Notes: a model not told the origin generated them from the letters alone. A stretch of 64,000 bases of DNA from Octopus vulgaris (GCA_951406725.2 OX597821.1:21576001-21640000); one strand, 5' to 3'; counted from the stretch's first letter, positions 1 to 13,086 are shown. Numbers and translations are program-made.

Positions 1-414
1 TACACCGGTCATAATCATAACTCTCTGAGATGTTTTAGAATAAAAGCGATGCCCTTGATATGAAATCGGTTTCATAAATGTTCATAGAAGAGTCCTTTTT
101 TAACTCTCAATCATTATTTATAATGACACATTATATACACACGCCTTAATTTCAACTTTCCTGTTTGTATCAAAACCTAAATATCCTCCATTTTCTAATG
201 ATTCAGCCGTTAGACTGCGGCCATGCTGGGGCACGGCGTTCAAGAATCTTAGTCAGACTAATCAACTCTACTATCTATTTTTTTAAGCCTTGTAATTATT
301 CTATCCGTTTTTTTAAACCGAAGTTATAGGGAAGTAATCGCACCAACACCAGTTATCCAGTTATAAAGCGGTGGTGGGAGACAAACACAAGCGCAAACAA
401 ACACACACACATAT

Positions 415-783
415 AGCCCAATATGACATTTTAACCAATAATATGTACTTGAGCTTTCTTATACCTAACACTCCAAATGAATTTATTGCATCATACACAA
501 CCTTACTCCCCTTCTAAGGTCTCTATCATTTTTGTATTATGTTCTTTATGTATATATTTTATCAGTTAACGGTTTGCATCTATTTACTCAACATGCAAGA
601 GTTGAACACCTATTTTGTATATCTTTATCTACCTCTGAAGAGATTCGAGATTTCAAACAATTTTTAATTTAATTAATTTTCTGAGGGTCTGAATTGAAAC
701 AGCTGTAATGAATGTTTGTCAATTTTTTAATAAATAAATATATGATAATTTATTAATTACCTCTTTATTTTCTCATATTATTA
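415..783 (+). mobile_element. Non-autonomous PLE-like element with type I hammerhead ribozyme (630-714)
   Basis: CTGAAGA (635-641), stem II GATTC../..GAATT, GAAAC-AGCT-GTA (696-707). Homologous to 46945-47330. Ends ttttctcatatta followed by AT-rich/(TA)n sequence. Confidence 0.65.
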
Positions 784-948
784 TTAATATAAATATATAT
801 ATAAGTCACGGTTTATATAGTTACATTGTAGTTGAGTGTTAAATATAATGTTCAATATTCTTTCTATAGGTAATTTACCAGTACTATCATATGATTTTGC
901 CATCCCTGAACGGGGTTTGTAACCTTTAGTTTTGTGTATATATGTATG

Positions 949-984
<36 letters not shown>

Positions 985-990
985 TATGTC

Positions 991-1030
<40 letters not shown>

Positions 1031-1031
<1 letters not shown>

Positions 1032-1440
1032 GGTTTAAAAATTAAGGTTAAGAAAATACGTTTTAAACACAGTACCTTATTTTAGGGTAAGTCCCAGGTC
1101 GTGTGTGCGCGGACCATATTTACCAATTATGACTACCAGGCATTATCAGCTACCAGGCATGAGCGAACATCGTTGTAATAATTTCAGGAATTCCAGGATG
1201 GACGTTAGGAATATATTAAAGATAAGGTGTGAAGACGGAATGTACCAACAAAATAAAATTATATTAACACAATTGTTTCATCTTCAAGATGAACGGCTTC
1301 CTTGTGGGCGTGGAACGATGCAATAACATCAGCTGCAATGCACAGTGCATAGAAGTCTCCTCAGGTGGGATAATAAGGTTTTTTAAGCAGGGTGATTTAC
1401 ATTTGAGTTTTAGTGTATTGAGATATTTTAACAGTTAGAC
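1031..1440 (-). mobile_element. PLE-like element with degenerate hammerhead motif (1263-1370)
   Basis: Minus strand reads CTGAGGA-GACTTC...GAAGAT-GAAAC-AATT-GT with palindromic ACAATTGT. The cleavage triplet is damaged (GUG). Flanked by (TA)n and (CA)n. Confidence 0.5.
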
Positions 1441-1469
1441 TGATGTGCAGACAAGCACACGCACACAGC

Positions 1470-1535
<66 letters not shown>

Positions 1536-1771
1536 CTTTATTTAAAGCAGCAGAAAATTCAACAAAACCTGTTACTCTGAGTTTCACTTTCCCGTTCGTC
1601 GGACAGTTTTTGCAAGAATCTAGCAAAAACTGTCCGACGAACGGGAAAGTGAAACTCAGAGTAACAGGTTTTGTTGAATTTTCTGCTGCTTTAAATAAAG
1701 CATATTACTCTACCACTGGTATTTGAGTACTCTTTTTTCCACCTTGTTTCACATTTATGTGTTTACTCCGG
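1536..1771 (+). mobile_element. Fold-back PLE-like insertion: perfect 78-bp inverted repeat (1536-1613 / 1623-1700) plus 3' tail
   Basis: The arms are exact reverse complements with a 9-nt spacer. (TA)n on both sides. Confidence 0.8.
1624..1673 (+). ncRNA. Type I hammerhead-like ribozyme, U4C core variant
   Basis: Stem I caaaaactgt/acaggttttg (9/10 paired), core CCGACGA, stem II AC-gggaaa-GT, GAAA, stem III ACTC-a-GAGT, GUA site at 1661-1663. Mirror copy on the minus strand at 1563-1612. Confidence 0.6.
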
Positions 1772-2210
1772 TATATATATATATGTATATACGACGGCAT
1801 TCTTTCCTTTTCCGTCAACAAAATCCACTCCCAGTGTTTTCATCGGCCCAAGACTTTGCAAGAAGAGACTTGCCCAATCTGCCACGCATTGGGACTAAGC
1901 GAGAAACTGAGTAGTTGTGAAGCAAACTTCTTAACATATAGTCACGCCTGTGCCTATATATGTATATGTAGGTGCGTGTGTCTGCATCTGTGTGTGTACG
2001 TGTGTGTGACATGTGTGTGTGTGTTACGTGTGTGTGTGAGTGTGTGTGTGTGTGTACGTATCAATGTTTATTTTCATGCTAAAAACAGTTTACATTAATT
2101 TGTAGAGTAAAACTTCATTATTCTTACACAGAAATGTTAGTGATTTCGAAGTTTCGGCTAGAAAACCTCTTGTTAGACTACAGTTGGATGATGGCAGAGT
2201 TGGCACTTAC

Positions 2211-2233
2211 ATCAACGGGTCAGACGCCGCCAT
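2211..2233 (-). CDS. Candidate first coding exon (MAASDPL-) of a gene continuing toward or beyond the left edge
   Basis: Minus strand reads caaATGGCGGCGTCTGACCCGTTGAT|gtaagt: a strong start context and a perfect donor. No transcript evidence. Confidence 0.4.
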
Positions 2234-2280
2234 TTGAAAAGATTGTGAAATAACCATTCATCATAGACGACGATCATACT

Positions 2281-2326
<46 letters not shown>

Positions 2327-2328
<2 letters not shown>

Positions 2329-2462
2329 CTGTGTCCCTTTCTGTAGAAGAGCGTAGGATCGAAACATAAAAGACTTTTTCTATTCCTGAGCGTTATACTA
2401 ATACATCTACTTGTTTTGTACACCACCTGTCTTCGTCTTTTGTTTTTTTCGTAAACTCCCCC
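2327..2462 (+). mobile_element. Short (TA)n-inserted element, compact atypical-hammerhead family
   Basis: CTTT-CTGTAGA-A-GAGC-GTAG-GATC-GAAACATA-AAAG (2337-2372). Related copies at 6061-6250 and 45311-45521. Confidence 0.6.
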
Positions 2463-2465
2463 TAT

Positions 2466-2504
<39 letters not shown>

Positions 2505-4278
2505 TACATATATATATATATATCGCTATGTATGTAACTTTGTGTACCCAATGCTAAATGTAAAGTATCTGAATGCATTTATGAAAGCAGAATTCTGCTC
2601 ATTTCCATATCTCCGATATTTTCATGAGATTTGCGGAATAGAACAAGTAACTATTCGTCTGAATATTCTGATAACGGAAACACAAATAAGCATTTGTTTA
2701 GTTAGAGTTAAGAGAAAATAAAATATATGAAAATATTATTTTATTGTTTTTATATAGAAAAAAAACAACAACACCAGTTGTTGTGGCTTAATTGATAAAA
2801 ATAGCTTTAATAACGTTATGATTCAGTCATACTAATCGCAGGTCATTCACAATCAAATAATATAAAATACAACTTTATGTAAAAACGATGATGAGAAAAG
2901 AAAGAAATAAAACAAAAAAATAAATCAATCAATTGAATAAAAGATATAAAACAAGTAGCAAACATTGTTAACCTTCCATAGAAGGAAATAACTAACAGTC
3001 CGTTCATGTTTTCTACAAAGAACATAGATATTATAATATTTTTAATACAAACTTATTTGTGTTTATTACAGTGACTGCAAAAATATTGCTAGATTTATCA
3101 TTCTATTCAACAAAGAAAAAGCAATAATAATATATCACCGAGCGTTCTTGTTATTGTAAGATGCTACATAACTGCTCATTTCATGCAAACTGTCCTACCC
3201 TTTCTTCAGTACACAGTGCCATTGTAGAAATTAATAAGGTCAAATCAAATTAAGATGTTATATTGCTTTATTATACACCTTTTATTCAACCTCAACAGGA
3301 AAATTTCTACAGGTCTTATTAGATAGATTAAGAAATTAAAGGAAAATTATTACCGTGCATTTAAGTATTTCATTTAGACTGTTTATGTTTCTCACCTGCT
3401 TAATTCAATGTTAACAATACTAATAAATTGAGTTATTATTATTGGTTAACTGAAGGTGTTGTAATGTCACATGACAAGTACATCTTCAAATCAAGAAATT
3501 ATATTTTTTGTAACAGTTTGAGTTAAATAAATACCACGTTTTCCGCCTCTGGAAGTCAGTGACCCTATGGTAAAATAATTAAAGTATAATTTCTAACACT
3601 CCCATAGACTCTGTAAATTTTTTCATCATATATCTTTTCTATCTCTCTCTCACCCTCTGTCTCTATTTCTGTCTACCTCTCTCTCCCTCTCTCTCCGTCT
3701 CTCTCCGTCTCTCTCTTTTCCTCTCACTCTCTTTTTCTATCTTTCTCTTTCTCCCACACTTTCTCTCTATCTCTATTTGCTCAAACATTTATCGATGGAG
3801 AGAGACAATTATCGATGCCTTTTTTTTCTTTACGGTATGGATTAGCGAAATATTTATATTCGGTTTTCTCGCCTTCTCATATCCCTTCTCACGTCGTTAC
3901 ATTATTTTCTTAAACATTGTATTATCTTTCAGTGTTTGTGCACAAATGGCGTATAAGGAAATGCTGAAGAACTACAAATATCTGCATTTAACATGGCAAA
4001 GCTATAGACCGAAGAATCTTCGAACACATGGTTCACATTTATCTCCTTTAATATCATTAATTAATTAATGGCTTCCGTTGCACTTCCGGAAATCTTACTC
4101 CCACTTTGAAGGTGAAATTCATGGCTTTATTTGGCTCCTATTGTCTAGTGAGCTTTAAATACTTATTCGATTACTTGCCAACAGATTCTCAGTGTTCAAT
4201 TGAAAACTATTATATTGTTCAAACAATGCACTTCTATCTGATGATCCGTTCGGTGAATCTCACAGTATATGTGTGTGA

Positions 4279-4510
4279 AGGCGGCGAGCTGGCAGAAACG
4301 TTAGAACGCGGGGCGAAATGTGTAGCCGTATTTCGTCTGCCGTTACGTTCTGGGTTCAAATTCCGCCGTGGTCGACTTTGCCTTTCATCCTTTCGGGGTT
4401 GATAAATTAAGTACCAGTTACGCACTGGGGTCGATATAATCGACTTAATCCGTTTGTCTGTCCTCGTTTGTCCCCTCTGTGTTTAGCCCCTTGTGGGTAG
4501 TAAAGAAATA
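4279..4510 (+). mobile_element. tRNA-derived SINE (family B), full length
   Basis: A/B-box-like head and central GACTTTGCCTTTCATCCTTTCGGGG..GATAAATTAAGTACCAG domain. 15-bp TSD tatat(g/t)tgtgtgaag at 4266-4280 and 4511-4525. Confidence 0.85.
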
Positions 4511-5750
4511 TATATTTGTGTGAAGTTATCCAGCCTCACTCAGACGCTGAATTTTACTATCATAAAAGTGGTCGGCAACATTACAACATGTAATTCTTAA
4601 TATCACTGAAAATACGAGACGCTTACGATGGAGGTAAAGATTCTTGATCCGTTACCTCCTCGATCAGTTTACGGTTAGCACTAAATAAAGCTGCCGTAGC
4701 AATAGACCTTCTGCATCAGTCATGAGCAAACTGTGGTTCTCGAAACTTTCTGATTGGCCCGCTTAATTTCACGAGGAAAGTAATATATGCATAATTTTTT
4801 AGTAAGTGCTGCCCGCCTGATGGTGAGTCATGTATAATGCGATCCGTTTCTCGAAAAGGTTTGGCCATGTTTTGAGCCATGATACTAAGAATAATGATCT
4901 AATATCTAATCTCCATCACCATCTAATCGTTACGGAGTCTAGTTTAGATTTTTCGGGGGTTATTGTAGAGTCACCTATGGCAGTAACAGGACCTTGGCCT
5001 CTACCACAGACACAACCGAAAATGAACATCAGTATCTCACACGTAAAGTATAGGTGCTGGCGAAATATTTGGTGATCCATTTATTCAAGTCTCACTTGAA
5101 ATGCTAGAAATAGAAATCAATTCATCTTCAATCAAATCCTACCGTTTTTATTTCTTTTATAGAAAAACTCATTAGATAACATAGATATAATATATAATGA
5201 ACAACGTTGTTTTGTCTTTGATCATAGATTTACTCGATTGGGGTTTAGCTGTAATTAGACAAAATCCACAACATGAGCACCAATTGGAAGCATAACTATA
5301 TACAATAGCTGCCATAGCATCAAGTGCAACATTAATAAAAGCAACAATAAAACTAAGCTGTACGACAATAGCTACCATGAAAGTAAAAGGGGAGACTATC
5401 AGCAACAAACAACAACAGCAAGGACAATAGTAATTTAAAGAGAAACTGCATTATTTGAAAATGCTTCACTAAGGATTAATTGGTAATAATGGGCAACTGA
5501 CTTAAAATAACAGATCCACAGAGACGCCAGCACCACCAGCAACAACAACATAAGCTTCATATATGTATTTGTATATTCCGTTCACAAATCAGATAAGATA
5601 AGGAGGTATCGGATGCGTAAGCGTGTACCGACGAATTTAGTGTATACAACTAGCAGTGTCTGTAAATGTGTCTTTGCATTTGGGTGTGTGCTAATTAAGA
5701 AACCAAATAGATAGATAGATAAATAGATAGATAGATATAGAGAGAGATAA

Positions 5751-5796
<46 letters not shown>

Positions 5797-6060
5797 CATA
5801 CATATAAATTCATACATACATACATATATATATATATGTGTCTATATATATATATATATATATATACATACATACACATTAATTCATACATACATACATA
5901 CATACATATATATATGTATGTATATATATATATATACATGTACACAATATGCACCCTAACATATATTTGTATACCCGAACATACCTTCGTACACATATAC
6001 ATAATTATATTTATATATGTGAGCGGGTGTGTTTATGTATATACATATATAAACATATAT

Positions 6061-6250
6061 AGGCATGGTGGAACGCTGAGATCTACAAGTTGTTTTCATT
6101 CTCTCTCTATTTATTTCATCTTACTCCTTTCTGTTGATGAGCGACGGCTCAAAACGTAAATTACTGCTTCATTTATCTCGAGCTTCAAATTAATATACTT
6201 ACTTGCTGTTCATATACCTGCCTTCGTCTTTTTTCCACTAAATTTCAGCT
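6061..6250 (+). mobile_element. Compact atypical-hammerhead element, diverged copy
   Basis: CTTT-CTGTTGA-T-GAGC-GACG-GCTC-AAAACGTA (6127-6158). Shares the 3' tail acctgccttcgtctttt. Lies between (TA)n and (CA)n. Confidence 0.55.
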
Positions 6251-6252
6251 AC

Positions 6253-6287
<35 letters not shown>

Positions 6288-6298
6288 CATACATATAT

Positions 6299-6425
6299 AA
6301 AAGAGACCGATAGAATAAGTACTGGGCTTACAAAAATAAGTCCCAGGGTCGATTTGCTCGACGAAAGGCGGTGCTTCAGCATGGCCGCAGTCAAATGACT
6401 GAAACAAGTAAAAGAGTAAAAGAGT
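6299..6425 (+). mobile_element. SINE family A, 3' fragment
   Basis: aaagagaccgatagaataagtact...gaaacaagtaaaagagtaaaagag tail, near-identical to other copies. Confidence 0.85.
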
Positions 6426-6633
6426 ATATGCATATATGGTTACAGGATGTCACATGAAATATGAAATCAACATGAAGCACGAAGACAAATTTAGGTATGC
6501 AAACAAGAGAAACAAATGGAAAATAAGACAAGTAACCTAAAGTACGACCCTTCATCAGTTGTCGGCTGTCTATCTACCCCTCATTTCGAGCATTTAACGA
6601 CAGTATGAGACTTCGAAAGGCGTATTTCATGTG

Positions 6634-6672
<39 letters not shown>

Positions 6673-6729
6673 AACACTCACATACTACGTATGTTTGTGT
6701 CTGTAGAGGTAGATATACAGATAGTTAGA

Positions 6730-6749
6730 AAGATAGATAGAAAGCTAAT

Positions 6750-6806
<57 letters not shown>

Positions 6807-6807
6807 G

Positions 6808-6891
<84 letters not shown>
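6730..6891. repeat. (GATA)n microsatellite; others at 13210-13348, 18107-18183, 18578-18668, 21170-21283, 28240-28340, 35043-35110
   Basis: Direct reading. Confidence 0.95.
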
Positions 6892-6892
<1 letters not shown>

Positions 6893-7637
6893 AGGGAAAG
6901 AGAGAGAGTAAACATGATTACATTTGTTTATAGTTATCACCAATCCTGCACAGGTACACTTTCTGTGGTCGCGTGTATAAGAGACACACTTATGATGAAT
7001 AGCTGTGTGATCTCTGTGTGTACATACACAAAACCACATGTTGCATCATATATGTGGAAGTCTGAAGAGCCTTGTGTATACATGTACCCAGGTTCTTATG
7101 TGCGAATCTTTATGTGTGATGGCCAACGTTGACATAATTATGAATGGCCGTTGAATATACTACAGCAGTGCGTATGCATGTGATGTATGTGGTTGTGCCA
7201 CTTTGAATGGGTATTTCTGCATATATGCATATGTATGAGTATGAATATATATACATATATATATGTGTATGTGATTGTGTGTGTTTGTGTGTGTATCGTG
7301 TGAGTGAGTGTGTGTCCGTCCCTGTGCGCTGTTAATGTTTCATCAAAAATTAGCCGATTGTATGTAGCAAACCGATAAGCGGAACAATTGTCATGTCTTT
7401 ACAAGAACAATATAACTGATCACATACAAACGAGCAGAGATGGGGGGAATTACGTGCTGATTCTCTAATACAGAAATATCTTCACAAATGGAGGCAGAAA
7501 GAAATGTCACAATATAGGAACAACAAATGTATGGATTGCTCTACACGTACAATCACAGGCACACACGCAACATGCACGCACACATATGCGCACACAGATA
7601 TACATACATTTATGCACACATATATATCTATGTATAT

Positions 7638-7671
<34 letters not shown>

Positions 7672-7694
7672 AGATACATATATATGTATATGTA

Positions 7695-7739
<45 letters not shown>

Positions 7740-7899
7740 TTATATGTATATTTTGTGGGTCTCTGTATGTATGTATGTATGTATGTATGTATGTATGTAT
7801 GTATGTATGTATGCATGAATGTATGTATCCGCATATGTATTATGCCTGTTGAAACATGTACAAAACTATAACCGTTTCACCGGCAGCCAATAACTATTT

Positions 7900-8345
7900 G
7901 ATCATTTGACAGACGATGAGAATTTATGAAAAATATCGCGACGCATGAGGAAGCTTGGATGCATGGCTTTGATAATGAATCCAACTAACAGTCGACGCCA
8001 CTCAACTGGATCTTCGTCTCTTCGACAAAAAAGCGGGGGGAAAAATAAAGATAACAGAATATGTACAATATGGTGATTTCATTTGTAAAGGCGTCCATTG
8101 GGCGTTTATTTCACATGGATGGACGACCACATGCATGTGTTTTCAGCGTTCGTGTTAGCCAGAGCTAAGAATGAAAACTGAGGAATTAACAAATAAAACC
8201 CGAGTGCTTTTTCAGGACATGCTCACGGGTCACTCGTTATCAGTAGTATTTTAGATAAACAAAAGATGGCTCCTGTCGCTTGCATATTTTACTTTCCGTA
8301 TTTGGTCCCTGCGTTCTCCAACGTCAAATTCACCTCGAAAATCAT
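7900..8345 (+). pseudogene. Highly decayed mariner-type transposase fragment
   Basis: Translated pieces FMKNIATHEEAWMHGFDNESN*QS (cf. mariner IITGDETWVYGYDPETKQQS), DFICKGVHWAFISHGWT and FPYLVP (cf. YSPDLAP) occur in the expected order, with stops and frameshifts. Confidence 0.55.
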
Positions 8346-9422
8346 CCATCTTCTAGAGGAAATATGCGTTAAGTTCTGTACGAAAGCTATCCACTAATGC
8401 GTTCTGGAAGCCGCTCCAGATCTAAAGATATTGAAAATGTTGTATCAAGGTGAGAAGTGAAGGATTTTGAAAGACACATCTCATATTCAATGTTAAGTAA
8501 GGTAAAATTTATATATTCTAAAGAATTTCGATTTTGGCGGGGACTGACCTCATGTGCACGTACACACACACGCGCGCGCGCGCACAAACACACGCACATA
8601 CATACACCAATATATCTATGTTTTTAAGTGAACTTATATCTATAAAACATTTAAACTTAAAATGAAAAAAATACTCAATACATCATGTAGAGTATATATG
8701 AATTAATTTTTATAGAAAGTCGCTCGACTTTGCAGTTTCTTGCTGAACAACCTGCACAAATGGTTTATTCATAATGACTAAATGTTTGTACTGTGCATGA
8801 GCTCAAACTTTCCATCGAATCTATGTCGGAAACAGTGGGAAAGATCATGTGTCGAAGTGATCACAGGGCTACGTGAAATAAATTGCACGATCTGGGATTC
8901 AAGACCACGATTTTACAATCATGACTGTAGCACCTTATCCACTACACAACAAGCCCTCACCTCATACATACATACCTATATGTACGCATTTTTATATGTA
9001 GACATACATATACACGCATACCCATACAGGAACAATACGTATGCGTTCACCGAATTTCATGTTGCTGCAACTTTCAAGCGGTTGCTTTATTATTTTCCAG
9101 TAGTACAATCTAATTTTCCATACATTGAGTACTGGCTTTGTGCCATAATTTCCATTCGGTAGTCTCCAAAAAATTATTCCTTTATTAAGAAGTTTGTTTT
9201 TTTATTCGTTTTTGTCTCTTTATTGTAATCTCGTTCTTAGATTTCACCTGACAATTGCTCTCTTGTATTGTGTCAATGAATTTGCAAATAAAACAGATAA
9301 AACAAAATGTAATAATAAGAAGCATCTTTACAAAATAATATCCCGAAACTGGGCGATAAAAGCGATAGCAACAAACAAAATAACATTTTGAATGCATTTC
9401 AAATCAGTGTGAATAATATGAA

Positions 9423-10045
9423 GATAAATAACATTGGTTTCTCATTTTGGCAAAAAGACAGCGATTTTGGGACAGGGGTCGAGTCGATTGCATCGACCTT
9501 AGTGCTCAACTGGTACATATATTATCAACCCTGAAAAGATGAGAGGCAAAGATGGCCCTGATGGAACTTGAAGTCAGAACGTAAAGAAGGACGAAATGTC
9601 ATTACGCATTTCGCCCACCGTGCTAAAGATTCTGCCAGATCGCCGCCGTAAGGCGATAAATAATATTGATTCCAAAATTTGGTAAAGGTCAGCAATTTCG
9701 GGAGCGGGATCTAGTCGATTACATCGACTCCAGTTCTCAACTGGTACATATATTATCGACCCTGAAATGATGAGAATATGAACTCGGAACGTAAAGAGGC
9801 ACGAAATGCCGCTAAACATTTTCCCCCACCGTATTAAAGATTCTAGCAGCTCTCTGTCGTAAGACGATAAATAATACTGATTTCAAAATTTGGCTCAAGG
9901 CTAGCAAATTCGGGGTAGGAGATAAGTCGATTACATCGACCCCAGTACTCAAATGGTACTCATTATATCGACGTCGCAAGGTTGAAAGGCGAAGTCAACT
10001 TCGGCGTCATTTGAAATCAGAACTTGAAGACGGACGAAGGCAGTC
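9423..10045 (-). mobile_element. Three tandem diverged SINE family B units
   Basis: Units start at about 9423, 9655 and 9866, each with gataaataata followed by the reverse-complement SINE B body. Confidence 0.75.
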
Positions 10046-11027
10046 ATTTCTCGGGTTAATTCGTTTCGGCTATCTTCGAAATATTTTTCATGCAATATAT
10101 TTGTAAGGGGTTTTTCCCAGGCGGAAAATACAACTTCTACTGTTTCGACTATACACATTCATTAAGTATATACTTTTGATACAGTTTTTACTATAGAGCT
10201 GTCTCTATTGCATCATTCGAATACATACACACATATTTACGTACACACACAGACATACACACTTACATACATATACATACATATCATACATACATACATA
10301 CATGCTTGCATACATACATACATGCATACATACATACACATACATACATACATACATACATACATACATACATACATACACACATTATGACTGCCCCCTC
10401 GTTATCGAGTATGGCCATTGCACGAAGCTTAACTGTTACATCCATCCATCCATCCATCCATCCATCCATCCATCCATCCATCCATCCATACATACATACA
10501 TACATACATACATACATACATACATACATTTGTACATGTTTGGGTGGATGTATCTCTACGTGTGCATTTAATATAACGAATTCAAATTTCAAGAATCTAT
10601 TCAGTGGAGCCAATTCCTCTAAGATTACTGTTGAAAGTTTCAAACAGCCATGGCGAAAGCAAGCTCTCTCTCTCTCTTGTACATCACGCCGTTTATATAT
10701 CTTCTCTTAAATAATGCTATTTACGCTTTTTTTAACGTATGTGGCTGTTCATAGCATTTACATGTGTATTCTTGCATTTCTATCCGTTTGTGTGTATATG
10801 TGAATCTATATGTATATGCGGATGTATTTATATGTGTGTGAGTGTGTGTGTGTATCTGTGTGTGTGTGTGGGGGGAGCGTGTATGTCAACGACCGAGGAA
10901 ATTTTCGAAGACACTAACTTTCTCCTTTTAGAAATAAATGTGGTGAGCTAATGCATTGAGTAACCCTTCAATTAATACTTAACTATTTTAATATAACATA
11001 TATTATATATAGCAAACAACCATTAGC

Positions 11028-11137
<110 letters not shown>

Positions 11138-11288
11138 CACATATACATATATATATACATGTGTGTGTGCGTGTAATGTACACGCACCATTGTACGCATT
11201 ATACGTACTCAGATATTTATTTGGCAGTGTTCTCAACTTTCAAACTGTAAAAACAAAAGCTGGGCGATCACACACATACACACACATG

Positions 11289-11335
<47 letters not shown>

Positions 11336-11421
11336 AATATATATATATAAATATATATATATACACACATACATAGATAAAACAAAAAACCTGATCGGTC
11401 GCCATTTCTTTCTTACCCAAA

Positions 11422-11441
11422 AGGTCACAGGTCACAGGTCA
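11422..11441 (+). promoter_or_regulatory. Triple AGGTCA direct repeat with 1-nt spacing (DR1-type nuclear receptor element candidate)
   Basis: AGGTCAcAGGTCAcAGGTCA in apparently unique sequence. Confidence 0.3.
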
Positions 11442-11940
11442 CACCTCGGCAGGCCTGGACGTTTTTGTCTAGCTTTTAGTCAGTCGTTTCGTTCCCTTTG
11501 CTTGATTATTTGTTATTTTCGGTTGGTGAATTTTTTTTATCCTTTTGTATGAATATTCGTTTATTGTCATATATATTATTTTTGTGAATATATATGTTTT
11601 TGTTATACACTTATATATGATTTTGATGGGTTGTTGTTTTTGCTTTGTTCTGGCTTTTATTGTTGTATGTTTTATCAATCTATCTTCCCATTGAATCATG
11701 TTAGATAACAATTGTGCGATTATACGTGTCAATAAACCTGTTCTTTAATTATTTTTCTTGCTTCTATTGTGCTTCTTTCTATTGTTATTTCTTCTTGTTG
11801 ATATTCTTGCTACGTTGTTATATTTTTGTGGCTATTGTGTTAGTCCCGGGTCAGCTCTGATTGAGCCGAACTCTGACAATGTAGTTAGTCAGTCGATTTA
11901 GCTTGATTTGATTCATATTCATATATATATATACACACAC

Positions 11941-12464
11941 TATAACTTCACTTAATGGACCACCACAGTGCGCTCTCCAAATTACAGTTGTTCATTTTAT
12001 TGGATGCAGTCTAGATTCTGAGTCCGCTCCAGCCACTGTCTGGTACATTTATATGTGTATGTATTTATGTATGTACACATTTATATATATGCTGCTGTTT
12101 TAGTTTCTGATAATATTACATATATAATCCATATATATCACATAGGTAGTTAGTTGTATATCTAGCAGTGATTCATAGAAAGAAGTGTTTCAGTACTTTT
12201 ATCTAGTTAAGAACCCTACTACACATTCTAACATTGAATGGTATTTAGTTTAGATGCAGTGTTGCATCTAAGCATGTTGCATTCACTTTATCGCCCACTG
12301 TGAACGAGTCTGAATTAATAGCTCAGGTAACCACAAAATATGGCGGCACAAGCATGACAACCACAAAATATGGCGGCACAAGTATGACAAACTATGGCAC
12401 CAGCAGGACAAACGCCAACCCTGTGTAGTGACCGTAGAGGGAATATTTAAGTTTACATTCAACA
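11941..12464 (-). mobile_element. Possible solo LTR inserted at a SINE-associated microsatellite
   Basis: Minus strand starts TGTTG and has AATAAA about 55 nt before a TTATA end (decayed -CA?). Internal 30-bp tandem duplication at 12329-12389. No clear TSD. Confidence 0.35.
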
Positions 12465-12684
12465 TGTATGTTTGTGTGTCTGTGTTTGTTCCCCTAGCAT
12501 TGCTTGACAACCGATGCTGGTGTGTTTACGTCCCCGTTACTTAGCTGTTCGGCAAAAAGAGACGATAGAATAAGTACTGGGCTTACAAAAAGAATAAGTC
12601 CCGGGGTTGAGTTGCTCGACTAAAGGCGGTGCTCCAGCATGGCCGCAGTCAAATGACTGAAACAAGTAAAAGAGTAAAAGAGTA
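12465..12684 (+). mobile_element. SINE family A, 3' half
   Basis: Near-identical to 38745-38945. Confidence 0.85.
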
Positions 12685-13086
12685 ACCATCGTTCTACCTT
12701 CTGACGCCCAGAGAAGGAATATAATATAATCCATTTGCCATTCATCTGGAATTAAGAATGCGAACCTCAACTACTCGTACATGAAATGTAAAATCTTTTG
12801 TAATACTCAGGCCTTATATTAACTGCTAAAAATATGTTCCATACGCTCGCTTGAAAAAAAGAATCTTTCAAAGAAGGTAGTAATATGCAGTGAAACTATG
12901 AATACCAAAAGCGAGATTTTTTCTTCGTGATATTCATCTATCTATCTGTTTATCTATCTATCTACCTATTTATCTATCTACCTGTCTATCTATCTATGTA
13001 TCCATCTATCTATCTATCTATACCTCAATCTACCTACCAACCTACCTACATACATACATACGTACATACATACATACATACATACA

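Larger units (their letters stand above)
200..1955 (-). mobile_element. tRNA-derived SINE (family A) split by nested insertions: 3' half at 200-410, 5' half at 1788-1955
   Basis: Both halves match the intact copies at 38541-38960 and 62060-62460. The break lies at the SINE's internal (CA)/(TA) microsatellite. Confidence 0.75.

Noticed and set aside
5172-5408. Hydrophobic 78-aa ORF resembling a membrane protein
   Set aside because: Derived from a degenerate (ACA/ATA/GCA) triplet tract, with no splice or homology support.
6430-6640. CTGATGA on the minus strand in a (TA)n-flanked insert with an 11-bp inverted repeat
   Set aside because: No stem II/GAAA arrangement could be built. Probably a repeat fragment, but not called as a ribozyme.
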